From NCBI GenBank assembly GCA_965652295.1, contig CBFGTS010000003.1:1-64000 (forward strand): a stretch of 64,000 nt of DNA, read 5' to 3'. Position 1 is the first letter of the stretch. Each line of letters begins with the position of its first letter. The translations under genes and the position numbers were made by a program. The notes beneath the pieces are model-generated. The model made no database searches and was not told the origin of the DNA. It saw only the letters and a list, made by a program, of their open reading frames with translations. The DNA is from an uncultured Haloferula sp. (GTDB lineage: Bacteria > Verrucomicrobiota > Verrucomicrobiia > Verrucomicrobiales > Akkermansiaceae). Of the stretch, positions 19,022-28,207 are shown piece by piece.

Positions 19022-19567
19022 GTGAAAACTCTACCGTCTTCCTCCCCGTCGCTCGCGCTGCTCGCCCCACTCGTCGGGCTGACTGTGGCGGACCCCTTGC
19101 TCGCCGCCGGTTACATCAAGATCGGCGACATCAAAGGCGAGTCCACCGACTCCTCCCACAAGGACTGGAGCGATATTTCCAGCATGTCCTGGGGCATTCG
19201 TTGCGAGGTGGATCCCGCCACCGGTACCAGCACCGGTCAGCTCAAGATCGAAGAAGTCACCTTCAGCAAATACATCGACAAATCGAGCCCGATTCTGATG
19301 CTCCACGCCTGCGCCGGAAGTCCGGATATCGGCGATCTGACGATGACCTTCAACGATCCCAACCGAAACGGCGGGGACGACTACATCAAGATCACCTTCT
19401 TCAAGGTCGAGATCTCCGGCTACGCTTCGTCGATGAGCGAGGGAGAACCCGTGCCGACCGAGTCGGTCTCGCTCAACTTCTCCAAGATTACCTTCGAGTA
19501 TCAGCCGGCCGACGGCAGCGAGCCGATCGTCCAGACCCGCGATTTCACCTCCTCCGACGGCAGCTGA
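19022..19567 (+). CDS. Hcp (type VI secretion tube)-family protein with N-terminal signal peptide
   Basis: ~28-aa leader then YIKIGDIKGESTDSSHKDW, KYIDKSSPILM..C.G, PTESVSLNFSKITFEYQP. Confidence 0.88.
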   Translation: MKTLPSSSPSLALLAPLVGLTVADPLLAAGYIKIGDIKGESTDSSHKDWSDISSMSWGIRCEVDPATGTSTGQLKIEEVTFSKYIDKSSPILMLHACAGSPDIGDLTMTFNDPNRNGGDDYIKITFFKVEISGYASSMSEGEPVPTESVSLNFSKITFEYQPADGSEPIVQTRDFTSSDGS

Positions 19568-19574
19568 AGCCCCC

Positions 19575-20402
19575 ATGAACACGCTCCTGCGCATCGTGGC
19601 GACGGCGATCCTCGCCACCACAGCCGCCTCCGCCGAGCTCCTCGCCTGGCTCCATTTCGGCGAGACGATTCCCGGCGACTCCTCCGCTCCCGGCCGCGAG
19701 GGCTGGACGGACGTCACCGGCGTCGGCTTCGTGCAAACAGACGGAAGCCGCAAGCTCCGCTTCCGCTGTCAGGTGGACAAGGCGACACCCTTGCTGATGA
19801 ACGCCTGCTGCAGCGGGTCGGCCATCGACGAGGTAAAGCTCGACCTCGTGCGCTCGGGCGGAGAGTTCTGGCAAGTTCGGCTACGCCACGTCGAGGTGAC
19901 CGCCTTCGAGATCGGACACTCGCCCGACCTCCCGCAACCCCACACCACCGTCGAGCTGTCGTGGAAAAGCCTCGTTTCCTCCTACTTTGTCCGCCCACCC
20001 GACGAGCCGCCCTACCCGATCAGCACCCTCATTTCGGTCGATACGGACGGCGACGGCCTCCCCGATGCCTATGAGGAACAGGCCGGACTCGACCCCTCCG
20101 TCAGCAACCTCGACACGGACAGCGACAACGACGATCTGCCGGACATCGATGAATATCGCCTCGGCACCCACCCCAACGACCCCGGTTCTTTTTTCCGCGT
20201 CACCGCCACCGGCGAGGGCGACACACTCGAAATCGTCTGGCCCAGCGTCGCGGGGAAAACCTACAGCATCGACTTCAGTCCCGATCTCCTGACCCCCTTC
20301 GAGTCGCTGGACGAGGTCACCGCGACCGGTCCGGAAACCCGCAGATCGATCACGCGGGTTTCCTCCGCCGCCTTCTTCCGCGTCAGCGAGAATCCTCCGT
20401 AA
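19575..20402 (+). CDS. Exported protein: divergent Hcp-like domain, TSP3-like Ca-binding repeats, Verrucomicrobia-type C-terminal domain
   Basis: Signal peptide ending ASA; IPGDS...GW.DV, VDKATPLLM.ACCSG..I.EV; DTDGDGLPDAYE and DSDNDDLPDIDEYRLGTHP; WPSV.GKTY....S.DL...FFRV. Confidence 0.75.
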   Translation: MNTLLRIVATAILATTAASAELLAWLHFGETIPGDSSAPGREGWTDVTGVGFVQTDGSRKLRFRCQVDKATPLLMNACCSGSAIDEVKLDLVRSGGEFWQVRLRHVEVTAFEIGHSPDLPQPHTTVELSWKSLVSSYFVRPPDEPPYPISTLISVDTDGDGLPDAYEEQAGLDPSVSNLDTDSDNDDLPDIDEYRLGTHPNDPGSFFRVTATGEGDTLEIVWPSVAGKTYSIDFSPDLLTPFESLDEVTATGPETRRSITRVSSAAFFRVSENPP

Positions 20403-20408
20403 CCGCCC

Positions 20409-21857
20409 GTGTTTCCCGAAAACGCCGACGACGATTGGAACCCGCAGCCGCTGCTCCAGGCACTCGCCGCGGCCGGCTACCACGCGAGCAACTTCCGCCC
20501 CGCCGATCGGGACGGCGGTTCCTATGTAGCGAAGAAACCGTCGCTCCCGCTCGATCACGCGCTTCAACTCTTCGCCTACGGCCACGAACTTCCCGAGGCT
20601 GCGGTGCGGTCGGTGCTCGATGGATCGACCGACCCCCTGCTTGAGCTCGGCCTGCTGGTGCGGGAGTCCGGCGGCCTCCGCTCCGCCGTGCGGCTCGATC
20701 CCGATGGCGATAGCGTCTTCGCCTCCGACCATCCGGATCGGCTGGCGACGAAAGCAGGCGACTTCACCATGGGCATCGGCCGCAGCACACGTCTCCTCAC
20801 CGCTCTCGCCCCCACCCATCCCGGTCTCCGTACCCTCGATCTGTGCACCGGCGCCGGCTGGATCGCGCTGCGCCTGGCGGAAGCCGGCTGCACGGTGACC
20901 GCCACCGACCTCTCGCCACGCGCGCTCGCCTTCGCCCGATTCAACGCCCGCCTCGCCGGTTGCGAGGAGATCGAATTTCTCCAGGGGAGCGGCCTCGCCC
21001 CGGTGGAAGGACGCCGCTTTGACCTCATCCTCGCCAATCCCCCGTTCGTCATTTCGCCCGAGTCCACCTACACCTTCCGCGATTCTGGAACGGCGGGCAC
21101 CTCGTTCTGCGAATCGCTGGCCCGACGCCTGCCCGACCATCTGGCGGATGACGGTCTCGCGATCATGCTCCTAAGCTGGTTCGACGATGGCAACGAGGCG
21201 CGCGCCGAGGGCCCGCTGGATTGGCTCGAATCTCATCCAGACTGCGGCCGCTGGCTTTTCCGCAACGTCACCCAGAGCCCCGAAGAATATGCCGCGCAGT
21301 GGCTCAAGGACTCCGCGGCCGGGCAAGCCCCGGCACCCGCCGACCTGCGGCGCTGGACCGACCATTTCCACTCGATCGGTGCCGCCCGGCTGCACACCGG
21401 TTTCCTCGTCGTCCACCGTGGCACCGGTCCCGGCTGGACGCGCTCCGACGCCCGCAGGATCGACCACATTTCCAAGCATGCCGGCGGGGACATCCGGCGG
21501 GTCGTCGAGGGCGAAAGCTGGCTCGCCCGCCACCGGCCCAGCATCGACACGCTGCTCGAAACCCACTTCGGCGTGCCGGACGGTCTCCGGACCGAATCCG
21601 TGGCCACCTTGGAGGACGACTGGAGACCGCTCTCGATCCGGCTTATCAGCCCCGCGCGCCTCGCCTACGATGGCAACGTGGATGCCCACCTTCTCGATCT
21701 CCTGGCCCGCTGCCGCCGCGGCGAGCCGCCTTCCACCGTGCTTTCCAGCATTGCCGCTGCCCCGCAGCTGCCCGCACCGGAAGACCTGCGCGAACGCCTG
21801 GCCGGACTGATCCGCGAGCTGATCCGGCACGGGCTGCTCCTTCCGCCCGCCGCTTGA
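20409..21857 (+). CDS. Class I SAM-dependent methyltransferase (HemK/PrmC-like NPPF type, extended)
   Basis: LDLCTGAG motif I, FDLILANPPF motif IV. Confidence 0.82.
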   Translation: MFPENADDDWNPQPLLQALAAAGYHASNFRPADRDGGSYVAKKPSLPLDHALQLFAYGHELPEAAVRSVLDGSTDPLLELGLLVRESGGLRSAVRLDPDGDSVFASDHPDRLATKAGDFTMGIGRSTRLLTALAPTHPGLRTLDLCTGAGWIALRLAEAGCTVTATDLSPRALAFARFNARLAGCEEIEFLQGSGLAPVEGRRFDLILANPPFVISPESTYTFRDSGTAGTSFCESLARRLPDHLADDGLAIMLLSWFDDGNEARAEGPLDWLESHPDCGRWLFRNVTQSPEEYAAQWLKDSAAGQAPAPADLRRWTDHFHSIGAARLHTGFLVVHRGTGPGWTRSDARRIDHISKHAGGDIRRVVEGESWLARHRPSIDTLLETHFGVPDGLRTESVATLEDDWRPLSIRLISPARLAYDGNVDAHLLDLLARCRRGEPPSTVLSSIAAAPQLPAPEDLRERLAGLIRELIRHGLLLPPAA

Positions 21858-21887
21858 CGAAGCCGCGCGGCTGGCTTCTTTACCAAG

Positions 21888-22655
21888 ATGAACTGGCTCG
21901 CCCCCTTCCTTCTCGCCTCGATTTCGTCCATGGCCGCCGTGGTGGAGACGAGCGTCGACTATGAGCATGAGGGAACCACGCTTGAGGGGTTCCATGCCTA
22001 CGACGACTCCTTTGAAGGCGTTCGCCCCGGAATCCTGATCGTTCATCAGTGGACCGGACTCACGGACTACGAAAAAGACCGCGCCCGCCAGCTCGCGGAG
22101 ATGGGCTACAACGTGTTTGCCGCCGACATCTACGGCAAAGCGATTCGCCCCGGCCCACCGGCCGCCGGCGAGTATGCGGGAAGATACAAAAACAACCGCG
22201 GACTGTATCGCGACCGGCTCAAGGCGGGCCTGGATGTGCTGCTGAATGACGAGCGGACCGATGCCGCCAAGGTCGCTGCCATCGGCTACTGCTTCGGCGG
22301 CACCGGCGTGCTCGAACTGGCCCGCAGCGGTGCCGACATCGCGGGTGTCGTCTCATTCCACGGCGGGCTCGACGCGACCGAGGGCATGGCCGCGGAAGCC
22401 GGGACGCTGAAAGCCAAGATCCTCGTCTGCCATGGGGCGGCCGATCCGCACGTCTCCGCCGAGGAGGTGGGTGCGTTCCATGCGGAAATGAAGGAGGCCG
22501 AAGCCGACTGGCTGATGGTCTCCTATGGAAATGCCGTGCATGCTTTCACCCAACCCGGCGCGGGCGATGATCCCTCGAAGGGTGCCGCCTACAACCCGAC
22601 CGCCGACTGCCGTTCATGGCAGCACATGAAGGATTTCTTTGCGGAAATCTTCTGA
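21888..22655 (+). CDS. Dienelactone hydrolase family protein (exported)
   Basis: HQWTGL, GYCFGG nucleophile motif, SFHGGL, HAFT. Confidence 0.9.
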   Translation: MNWLAPFLLASISSMAAVVETSVDYEHEGTTLEGFHAYDDSFEGVRPGILIVHQWTGLTDYEKDRARQLAEMGYNVFAADIYGKAIRPGPPAAGEYAGRYKNNRGLYRDRLKAGLDVLLNDERTDAAKVAAIGYCFGGTGVLELARSGADIAGVVSFHGGLDATEGMAAEAGTLKAKILVCHGAADPHVSAEEVGAFHAEMKEAEADWLMVSYGNAVHAFTQPGAGDDPSKGAAYNPTADCRSWQHMKDFFAEIF

Positions 22656-22659
22656 TCGG

Positions 22660-23196
22660 TCAGCGCTTGTACATTCCCTCCGGCATCCAGTCCTTGTCCA
22701 TCGGCTTGAGGACCGGCTCGGAGGGCTCCTGCGACGCCCCCGCCGCTGGCGGCTCGTCCACCGCGGCCGGCAGCGCATTTACCGCGGCTTGGATCCGCTT
22801 GCGCAACTCGTCCTCAGGACCATCCCCGATGATCCGATCCACCTCCACACCGTTGCTGAAAATCCGGACGTCCGGGATGCCGGAAACACCCAGCCGGGTT
22901 GCCATCGACTTGGCCTCATCGACATTGACCTTTCCCAAAATCACCCGCTCGCCGAACTCGGCCGTCACCTTTTCCAGCTTCGGTCCGAGTGTTTTGCAGG
23001 GTCCGCACCAATCGGCATAGAAGTCCACCACCACGACCTTGTTCGGGGTCGACTTGAAGGCCTCGAATTCGTCCGCGGTGATTTCCGAGCCCGACGCCAC
23101 CGGCGCGGCTTCCTCAGTCTTCAGGACCTGCTGGATTTTATCGCAGCCCGGCAGGCCGAGGAGCACGAGGGCGAACCAAAGAGGAAAGGATTTCAC
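22660..23196 (-). CDS. Thioredoxin, probable lipoprotein
   Basis: DFYADWCGPCK; lipobox-like LPGC after hydrophobic stretch. Confidence 0.85.
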   Translation of the reverse strand: MKSFPLWFALVLLGLPGCDKIQQVLKTEEAAPVASGSEITADEFEAFKSTPNKVVVVDFYADWCGPCKTLGPKLEKVTAEFGERVILGKVNVDEAKSMATRLGVSGIPDVRIFSNGVEVDRIIGDGPEDELRKRIQAAVNALPAAVDEPPAAGASQEPSEPVLKPMDKDWMPEGMYKR

Positions 23197-23258
23197 GAGA
23201 AGATCGATGAGCTGCTTCGTGCGAGGATATCCACCCGCCGGTGAAACGAAAGATTTCT

Positions 23259-24149
23259 TTAATTTCCGGGCACCGGCCACTCCTTCAATCGCGCCGGAAG
23301 ATCGACAAGCATTCCCGGTTCGCCCGCCCGCCTCCAGAGGCAGACGAAGCCTCCGCTGCCCAGTCCTTGCTGCGGAAAAAGCGTGTACCCAGGACGCCGT
23401 GGATCCGCGTCCCGCCACGACTCAAGATCGGGCACCGCGACCGGTCGGAACTCCGGAAACTGACGTCCGAACCATCGCATGTTCTTGCCGTTCTCATCGG
23501 GCGCATAGGTGCAGGTCGAGTAAACCAGCCATCCGCCCGGAGCCACACAGCCGGCGGCCGAGGCAAGAATGCCGCGCTGGCGCATCGCGTTGCCCTTGAT
23601 CGTGGCGGGATGAAAGCAGCCTAGATTCTCGACCCCGCGGGCCACCAGCGATTGCCCGCTGCACGGCGCATCCACCAGCACTCCGTCGAATGCCTCCGGA
23701 GCCAGCACGGCGAGCTGCGCGGGTTCCAGACGCTGGGTGTGGGCGGGGACCGAGCAGCGCGAAAGATTGTGCCGCAGGATGCCGAGCCGCTTCGGCACGA
23801 TTTCGTTGGCCAGATGGAATTCCGGTCTCAGCCGGTGATGCGCCAGCACGCTTTTCCCACCGGGTGCCGCGCACAAGTCCAGCAACCGCCGCACCGGGAG
23901 GTCCACCGCTGCGAGCGCCTGCATTTCCCAGACCGAGGAGAAATCCAGGCCGTAAAGCGCTTCATCACCGCCACCTCTCCGCAGCGCCACCCACTCCGGC
24001 GTCCACCCCGGCAGGCCGTCGCGCGGACCGCTCCGGCCCACGTTCACCGGCAACCCGGCATCACCACGCTCCAGAGCCGCGAGAAATTCCTCCCGCTCCC
24101 CGGCGTCGGCAAAAAGCCTGGCCGCCATCCGGGCAGCAAGGGAACTCAT
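23259..24149 (-). CDS. RsmB/RsmF/NOL1-NOP2 family RNA m5C methyltransferase
   Basis: LDLCAAPGGKS, LVDAPCSG, LVYSTCT..P.EN. Confidence 0.9.
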   Translation of the reverse strand: MSSLAARMAARLFADAGEREEFLAALERGDAGLPVNVGRSGPRDGLPGWTPEWVALRRGGGDEALYGLDFSSVWEMQALAAVDLPVRRLLDLCAAPGGKSVLAHHRLRPEFHLANEIVPKRLGILRHNLSRCSVPAHTQRLEPAQLAVLAPEAFDGVLVDAPCSGQSLVARGVENLGCFHPATIKGNAMRQRGILASAAGCVAPGGWLVYSTCTYAPDENGKNMRWFGRQFPEFRPVAVPDLESWRDADPRRPGYTLFPQQGLGSGGFVCLWRRAGEPGMLVDLPARLKEWPVPGN

Positions 24150-24183
24150 GGAAAAAGCTGGGAAAAGCCGGCGCGACCGGAAC

Positions 24184-24396
24184 TCAGCGGCTGTCCGCCG
24201 TTTCCTTGATGTCGGACAGCGCCGCGATGAAATCCCCAAGGATCTCCGCAGGCACCATGATCGTGTCACGGTTTCCTCCGACATCCTCGGTGATCTTGAC
24301 CACCATTCCGCGCGCATTCTCCTTCAGGTCCAAAAAAAACACCTTCCGGTCCGCGAGAATCTTCTCCGTGTGCAATAGATCGTTGTTGTGCACCAT
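24184..24396 (-). CDS. Single PUR-domain ssDNA/RNA-binding protein
   Basis: EKI...RK.FFLDLKEN.RG...KITE....R.TI.VP pattern typical of PUR repeats. Confidence 0.8.
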   Translation of the reverse strand: MVHNNDLLHTEKILADRKVFFLDLKENARGMVVKITEDVGGNRDTIMVPAEILGDFIAALSDIKETADSR

Positions 24397-24492
24397 TCCT
24401 CCTTTACTTCGTTTCCGCGTGGAGCATCACCGCCCCGCCTTGATTGTCAAGGCAAAGGCCCCAAAGCTCCCGCCACTCCGCCTCCCTGCCCC

Positions 24493-25095
24493 ATGGAACT
24501 CGACCTTCTCGGCACCCACGCCCGCCACGCCTACCCGATCCTCGCCAGCCTCGTCACGCCACGACCGATCGCCTGGATTTCCACTCTCAACGCCCATCGC
24601 ACGGTCAACCTCGCCCCCTTTTCCTTCTTCAACGTTTTCGGCTCCGCTCCGCCTCTGGTCATCGTCGCTCCCGGCGACCGGCCCGACGGCCGACCGAAGG
24701 ACACGGCGAGAAACATCCGCGACACCGGCGAGTTCGTCGTGAACCTGGTCTCCGAATCGCTCGCAGAAGCGATGAGCCGCACCGCCGCCAGCCTCGAACC
24801 CGACGAAAGCGAAGTCGACCGCGAGGAGCTGGAAATGGCCGCCTCCTCGGTAATCGCCCCGCCGCGCGTCGCCGAAGCTCCCGCCGCCTTGGAGTGCAAG
24901 GTCCACTCGATCCAGGAAATCGGTTCCAACCGGCTCGTCCTCGGCATCGTTCACCGCGTCCACGTCCAGGATGGAATCATCGATCCTGAAACGCTGCGAA
25001 TCCTCCAGCACCGGCACACCCCGATCGGCCGCATGGCCTCGCCGAACTGGTATTGCCACACCCGCGACCTGTTCGAGATCGAGCGCCCCGCCTGA
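24493..25095 (+). CDS. Flavin reductase (DIM6/NTAB-like) family protein
   Basis: PRPIAWIST, NLAPFSFFN, KDT.RNI..TGEFVVN. Confidence 0.9.
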   Translation: MELDLLGTHARHAYPILASLVTPRPIAWISTLNAHRTVNLAPFSFFNVFGSAPPLVIVAPGDRPDGRPKDTARNIRDTGEFVVNLVSESLAEAMSRTAASLEPDESEVDREELEMAASSVIAPPRVAEAPAALECKVHSIQEIGSNRLVLGIVHRVHVQDGIIDPETLRILQHRHTPIGRMASPNWYCHTRDLFEIERPA

Positions 25096-26150
25096 TGCCC
25101 GCTCCCCCACCCGCCCTCTACCTCGCTCCGATGCAGGACGTGACCGATCTCACGTTCATGCGGGTGTTGTCCCGCTATGGCGGTGCCGACGTCTATGTGA
25201 CCGAGTACTTCCGCGTCCACGAAGCCTCGAAGCCGGACCCGTGGATTCTACGCTCGATCGACGAGAATCCCACCGGCCGGCCGATCTACGCGCAGATGAT
25301 CGGTCAGGACATCCCGGCCTTGGTCCGCACCGCGAAACAGCTGCTCAGGCACCCGGTGGCCGGCATCGATCTCAACCTCGGCTGCCCCGCCCCCGTCGTC
25401 TGCAAGAAAGAAGCCGGCGGCGGGCTGCTGCGGAACCTGCCGAAGACTGACGCCATCCTCGAGGCACTGCGCGAAGCCGTGGACACCCGCTTCACGGTCA
25501 AGACCCGCGTCGGCTACCACAGCCCCGAGGAATTCCAAGCGCTGCTGGAGATCTTCGCCCGCCACCGGATCGATGCCCTCGCCATCCATGGCCGCACCGT
25601 CACCGAGCGTTACCAGACGCCCGTCCACCCGGACTGCGTCGCGCTCGCCGTGGCCACGATGAACTGCCCGGTGATTGCCAACGGCAACATCGTCGATCCC
25701 ACCACCGCGCTCGCCTATCACCACCAGACCGAGGCCGCCGGTCTCATGATCGGCCGCGGCGCGATCCGGAATCCGTGGATTTTCGACCAGATCCGCGACG
25801 CCTTCGCCGGCCGCACGCCCTTCCAGCCCACTTGCCGGGATCTCCTGGGGTACGTCCGCAGCCTCTACGAGGAAATCGCGGCCGATACCGCAAATTTCGA
25901 CCCCCTCGGCCATGTCCAGCGGATGAAAAAGACGATGGTTTTCGTCACCCAGGGCTTCGATCCCGACTTCGAGTTCCAACTCCGTCGCGCCAAATCACCC
26001 GACGAGTTTCATGCGATCTGCGCCGCCTTCCTCGATCACTCCGCTCCGGCACCTGCGCTGCCTCCGGAGAGTTCCCGTTTGTTCTGCGGGTTCAGCGAAT
26101 TGCTGCAACCGGACGGACACCGATCTCAGCCGTCAGCGGGCCCCTTGTGA
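25095..26150 (+). CDS. dus: tRNA-dihydrouridine synthase family protein
   Basis: LAPMQDVTD, IDLNLGCP, TVKTRVG, IHGRT, IANGNI, MIGRGA..NPW. Confidence 0.92.
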   Translation: MPAPPPALYLAPMQDVTDLTFMRVLSRYGGADVYVTEYFRVHEASKPDPWILRSIDENPTGRPIYAQMIGQDIPALVRTAKQLLRHPVAGIDLNLGCPAPVVCKKEAGGGLLRNLPKTDAILEALREAVDTRFTVKTRVGYHSPEEFQALLEIFARHRIDALAIHGRTVTERYQTPVHPDCVALAVATMNCPVIANGNIVDPTTALAYHHQTEAAGLMIGRGAIRNPWIFDQIRDAFAGRTPFQPTCRDLLGYVRSLYEEIAADTANFDPLGHVQRMKKTMVFVTQGFDPDFEFQLRRAKSPDEFHAICAAFLDHSAPAPALPPESSRLFCGFSELLQPDGHRSQPSAGPL

Positions 26151-26374
26151 CTGCCATCGCACAGCGGCGGTGATTGCGTCCGCCGACACTGACACCACCA
26201 CACCCTTCTGGGTTCGGTGAGTTCCAGCCTCACTGGTTGGAACCCGCTGCCCTTGTGGCTGCCATCGCAGAATGGCGGGAACGAAGTGAGTCCGCAGGAG
26301 CACCAGAAATACACGCCCGGCTCCATGTCCATCGGCAGCGGCTTGCCGTCGCACGGATGGGATTCACCGGCCAT
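26126..26374 (-). CDS. Tandem CDGSH iron-sulfur domain protein
   Basis: Two WCxC...PxCDGSH motifs. Confidence 0.88.
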   Translation of the reverse strand: MAGESHPCDGKPLPMDMEPGVYFWCSCGLTSFPPFCDGSHKGSGFQPVRLELTEPRRVWWCQCRRTQSPPLCDGSHKGPADG

Positions 26375-26383
26375 GGCGGACGC

Positions 26384-26581
26384 TCATTCGCTCTCGGCCT
26401 CCGCGAGCTGCGGCAGCATGACCGCGGCAGGGGCTGCCGGCGGGGCAAGCTTGGCCGTTTGCGGCTTCGACTCACGTCCCAGCTGAGGATAATTTTCCCC
26501 CGGCACATCGCGAACAAAGGTGACCGCCAGCCAAGCTGCTAAAATGGAGGCCGAACCTGTGACAAAGACTTTGACGTTCAT
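26384..26581 (-). CDS. Small hypothetical membrane-anchored protein
   Basis: Hydrophobic N-terminus; same strand and 9 bp upstream of the CDGSH gene. Confidence 0.45.
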   Translation of the reverse strand: MNVKVFVTGSASILAAWLAVTFVRDVPGENYPQLGRESKPQTAKLAPPAAPAAVMLPQLAEAESE

Positions 26582-26693
26582 AGCATTCCGGGAACCCACG
26601 CGAGGCGTGGCACCCTGAGGATGGGACGCGCGGACTCTTTCCCGAGTGACTAACCAAAGTAAAGCACTTTTGCCCCCCCGGTTCCCCTAGCTG

Positions 26694-28127
26694 CTAGCGT
26701 GCCAGCACGACCGGAGCGCTCAGATTTCCCGTGCGATCCACCGCACTCAACGAGATCGCTTCTGGAGCAGGACGCCCGGCAAGCCGGAAGTCGAGCTGCC
26801 CCCCGCCCGCTGGTCGCACGCCGAGCATCCGCCACGTGCGGCCCTTGCGACCCATCACCGCGACCTTGGAGCTGTTCGCGTCGCCCGCCCGCCAGCGGAT
26901 TCGCAGCATGTCGCCATCGGCCGAGGCTTGCGCTGAAACGGGAGCCACGCCCCGTTTCCCCAGCCATGGCATCGGCGGCACTAAAGCCGGTTCGGCGTAC
27001 GCCCCCCCCTGCAACAGATTCGAGACCCCGCCGCGGTTCTGCATCAGGCCCTTCATGCTCCACTGGATGTGCCCGGCATAATTCTTCCTCCCCACCGTGC
27101 GGCTCATTTCGACCTGCCGCGTGATCTCGGTGGCCGGCCGGCCCGGATCTTCCGGGCTGCCCACGCGCGAAACCGCGATGCCGGGCCACACCGGCCGCGT
27201 TCCTTGGCCACGCCACCACTCCAACAGAGCGGAAAAGCTCTGTTTGCGCGGTTGATCGCGCCAATAGAGCTGCGGAGCGAGGTAATCGACCCAGCCGTTG
27301 GCCAACCACTTCCGCGCATCGCAGCCGAGCTGCTCGTAGGCATCCAGCCCGGCCTCGATCCCCGCTGGAACTCCCGGCCGATAGATCCCGAAGGGCGAAA
27401 TCCCGACCCGCACCCATGGTTTCGCCGCCTTCACCTGCGAGTAGAGGTCTTTGACGAAGCCGTCGACGATCGACCGCCGCTCCGCCGGACTGCGACCATC
27501 GGGAAACGAGCGACCACCCTCCGGGTACGGATAAAAATAGTCATCGAGATGCACGCCATCCACATCGTAGCGCCGCACCACATCGAGGATCGCACCCATC
27601 GCCCGCTGCCGGGTTTCCGCCGCCGAGGGATCGCACCAAAGCAGCGAGCCATAACGCTTGGTGATGCCCGGCGAGGCTTTCGAAACGTGGCTCGCGCAGG
27701 CCCCGTGGCTCACATTCGAGAGCGCCCGGAACGGATTGAACCAAGCGTGTACCTCGATCCCGCGACGATGCGCTTCCTTCACCCAGAAATCCAGCGGATC
27801 GTATCCCGGACTGCGACCCATCGTCCCCGTGAGCCATGGACTCCAGGGCTCGCGCGAGGACGAGTACACCGCATCGCAATGCGGGCGGACCTGCAGGATC
27901 ACGGCATTCATGTTCATCGCCGACATCTTGCTCAGGATCGCCCGCGCCTCCTCCTGCTGGGAGCCGGCACCGAGTCCTTTCGAGCTGGGCCAGTCGATGT
28001 TATGAACCACCGCCACCCAGGCCCCGCGGAACTCCATCGGCGGCATCGGCGGCCGCTCCCGGACCGGTCGATAGGTCTGGGCGGAAAGGGCGGAGGTGAG
28101 CAGGGCGAGGATCAGCGGCAGGCGCAT
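26694..28127 (-). CDS. Glycosyl hydrolase-like 10 (GHL10/YddW/DUF187) family protein
   Basis: EFRGAWVA, QVRP..DA.Y.S..EPWS, HAWFNPFR, DGVHLDDYFYPY, DYLAPQLYW. Confidence 0.92.
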   Translation of the reverse strand: MRLPLILALLTSALSAQTYRPVRERPPMPPMEFRGAWVAVVHNIDWPSSKGLGAGSQQEEARAILSKMSAMNMNAVILQVRPHCDAVYSSSREPWSPWLTGTMGRSPGYDPLDFWVKEAHRRGIEVHAWFNPFRALSNVSHGACASHVSKASPGITKRYGSLLWCDPSAAETRQRAMGAILDVVRRYDVDGVHLDDYFYPYPEGGRSFPDGRSPAERRSIVDGFVKDLYSQVKAAKPWVRVGISPFGIYRPGVPAGIEAGLDAYEQLGCDARKWLANGWVDYLAPQLYWRDQPRKQSFSALLEWWRGQGTRPVWPGIAVSRVGSPEDPGRPATEITRQVEMSRTVGRKNYAGHIQWSMKGLMQNRGGVSNLLQGGAYAEPALVPPMPWLGKRGVAPVSAQASADGDMLRIRWRAGDANSSKVAVMGRKGRTWRMLGVRPAGGGQLDFRLAGRPAPEAISLSAVDRTGNLSAPVVLAR

Positions 28128-28207
28128 CGGCATACACCATCTCCTTGCCGTCTAACGTCTCCGGACGCAAGCGAAGCTTCGTCCGTTCCAGAGAAGCGCC
28201 GGACTCC

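Noticed and set aside
19022..20402. Canonical type VI secretion locus or prophage tail
   Set aside because: No sheath, baseplate, VgrG, ClpV or phage genes are in the window, and both Hcp-like proteins have leader peptides
26126..26150. Convergent 3' overlaps (dus/CDGSH; also pcm/radical SAM at 48783-48791)
   Set aside because: Short tail-to-tail overlaps are common in compact GC-rich genomes
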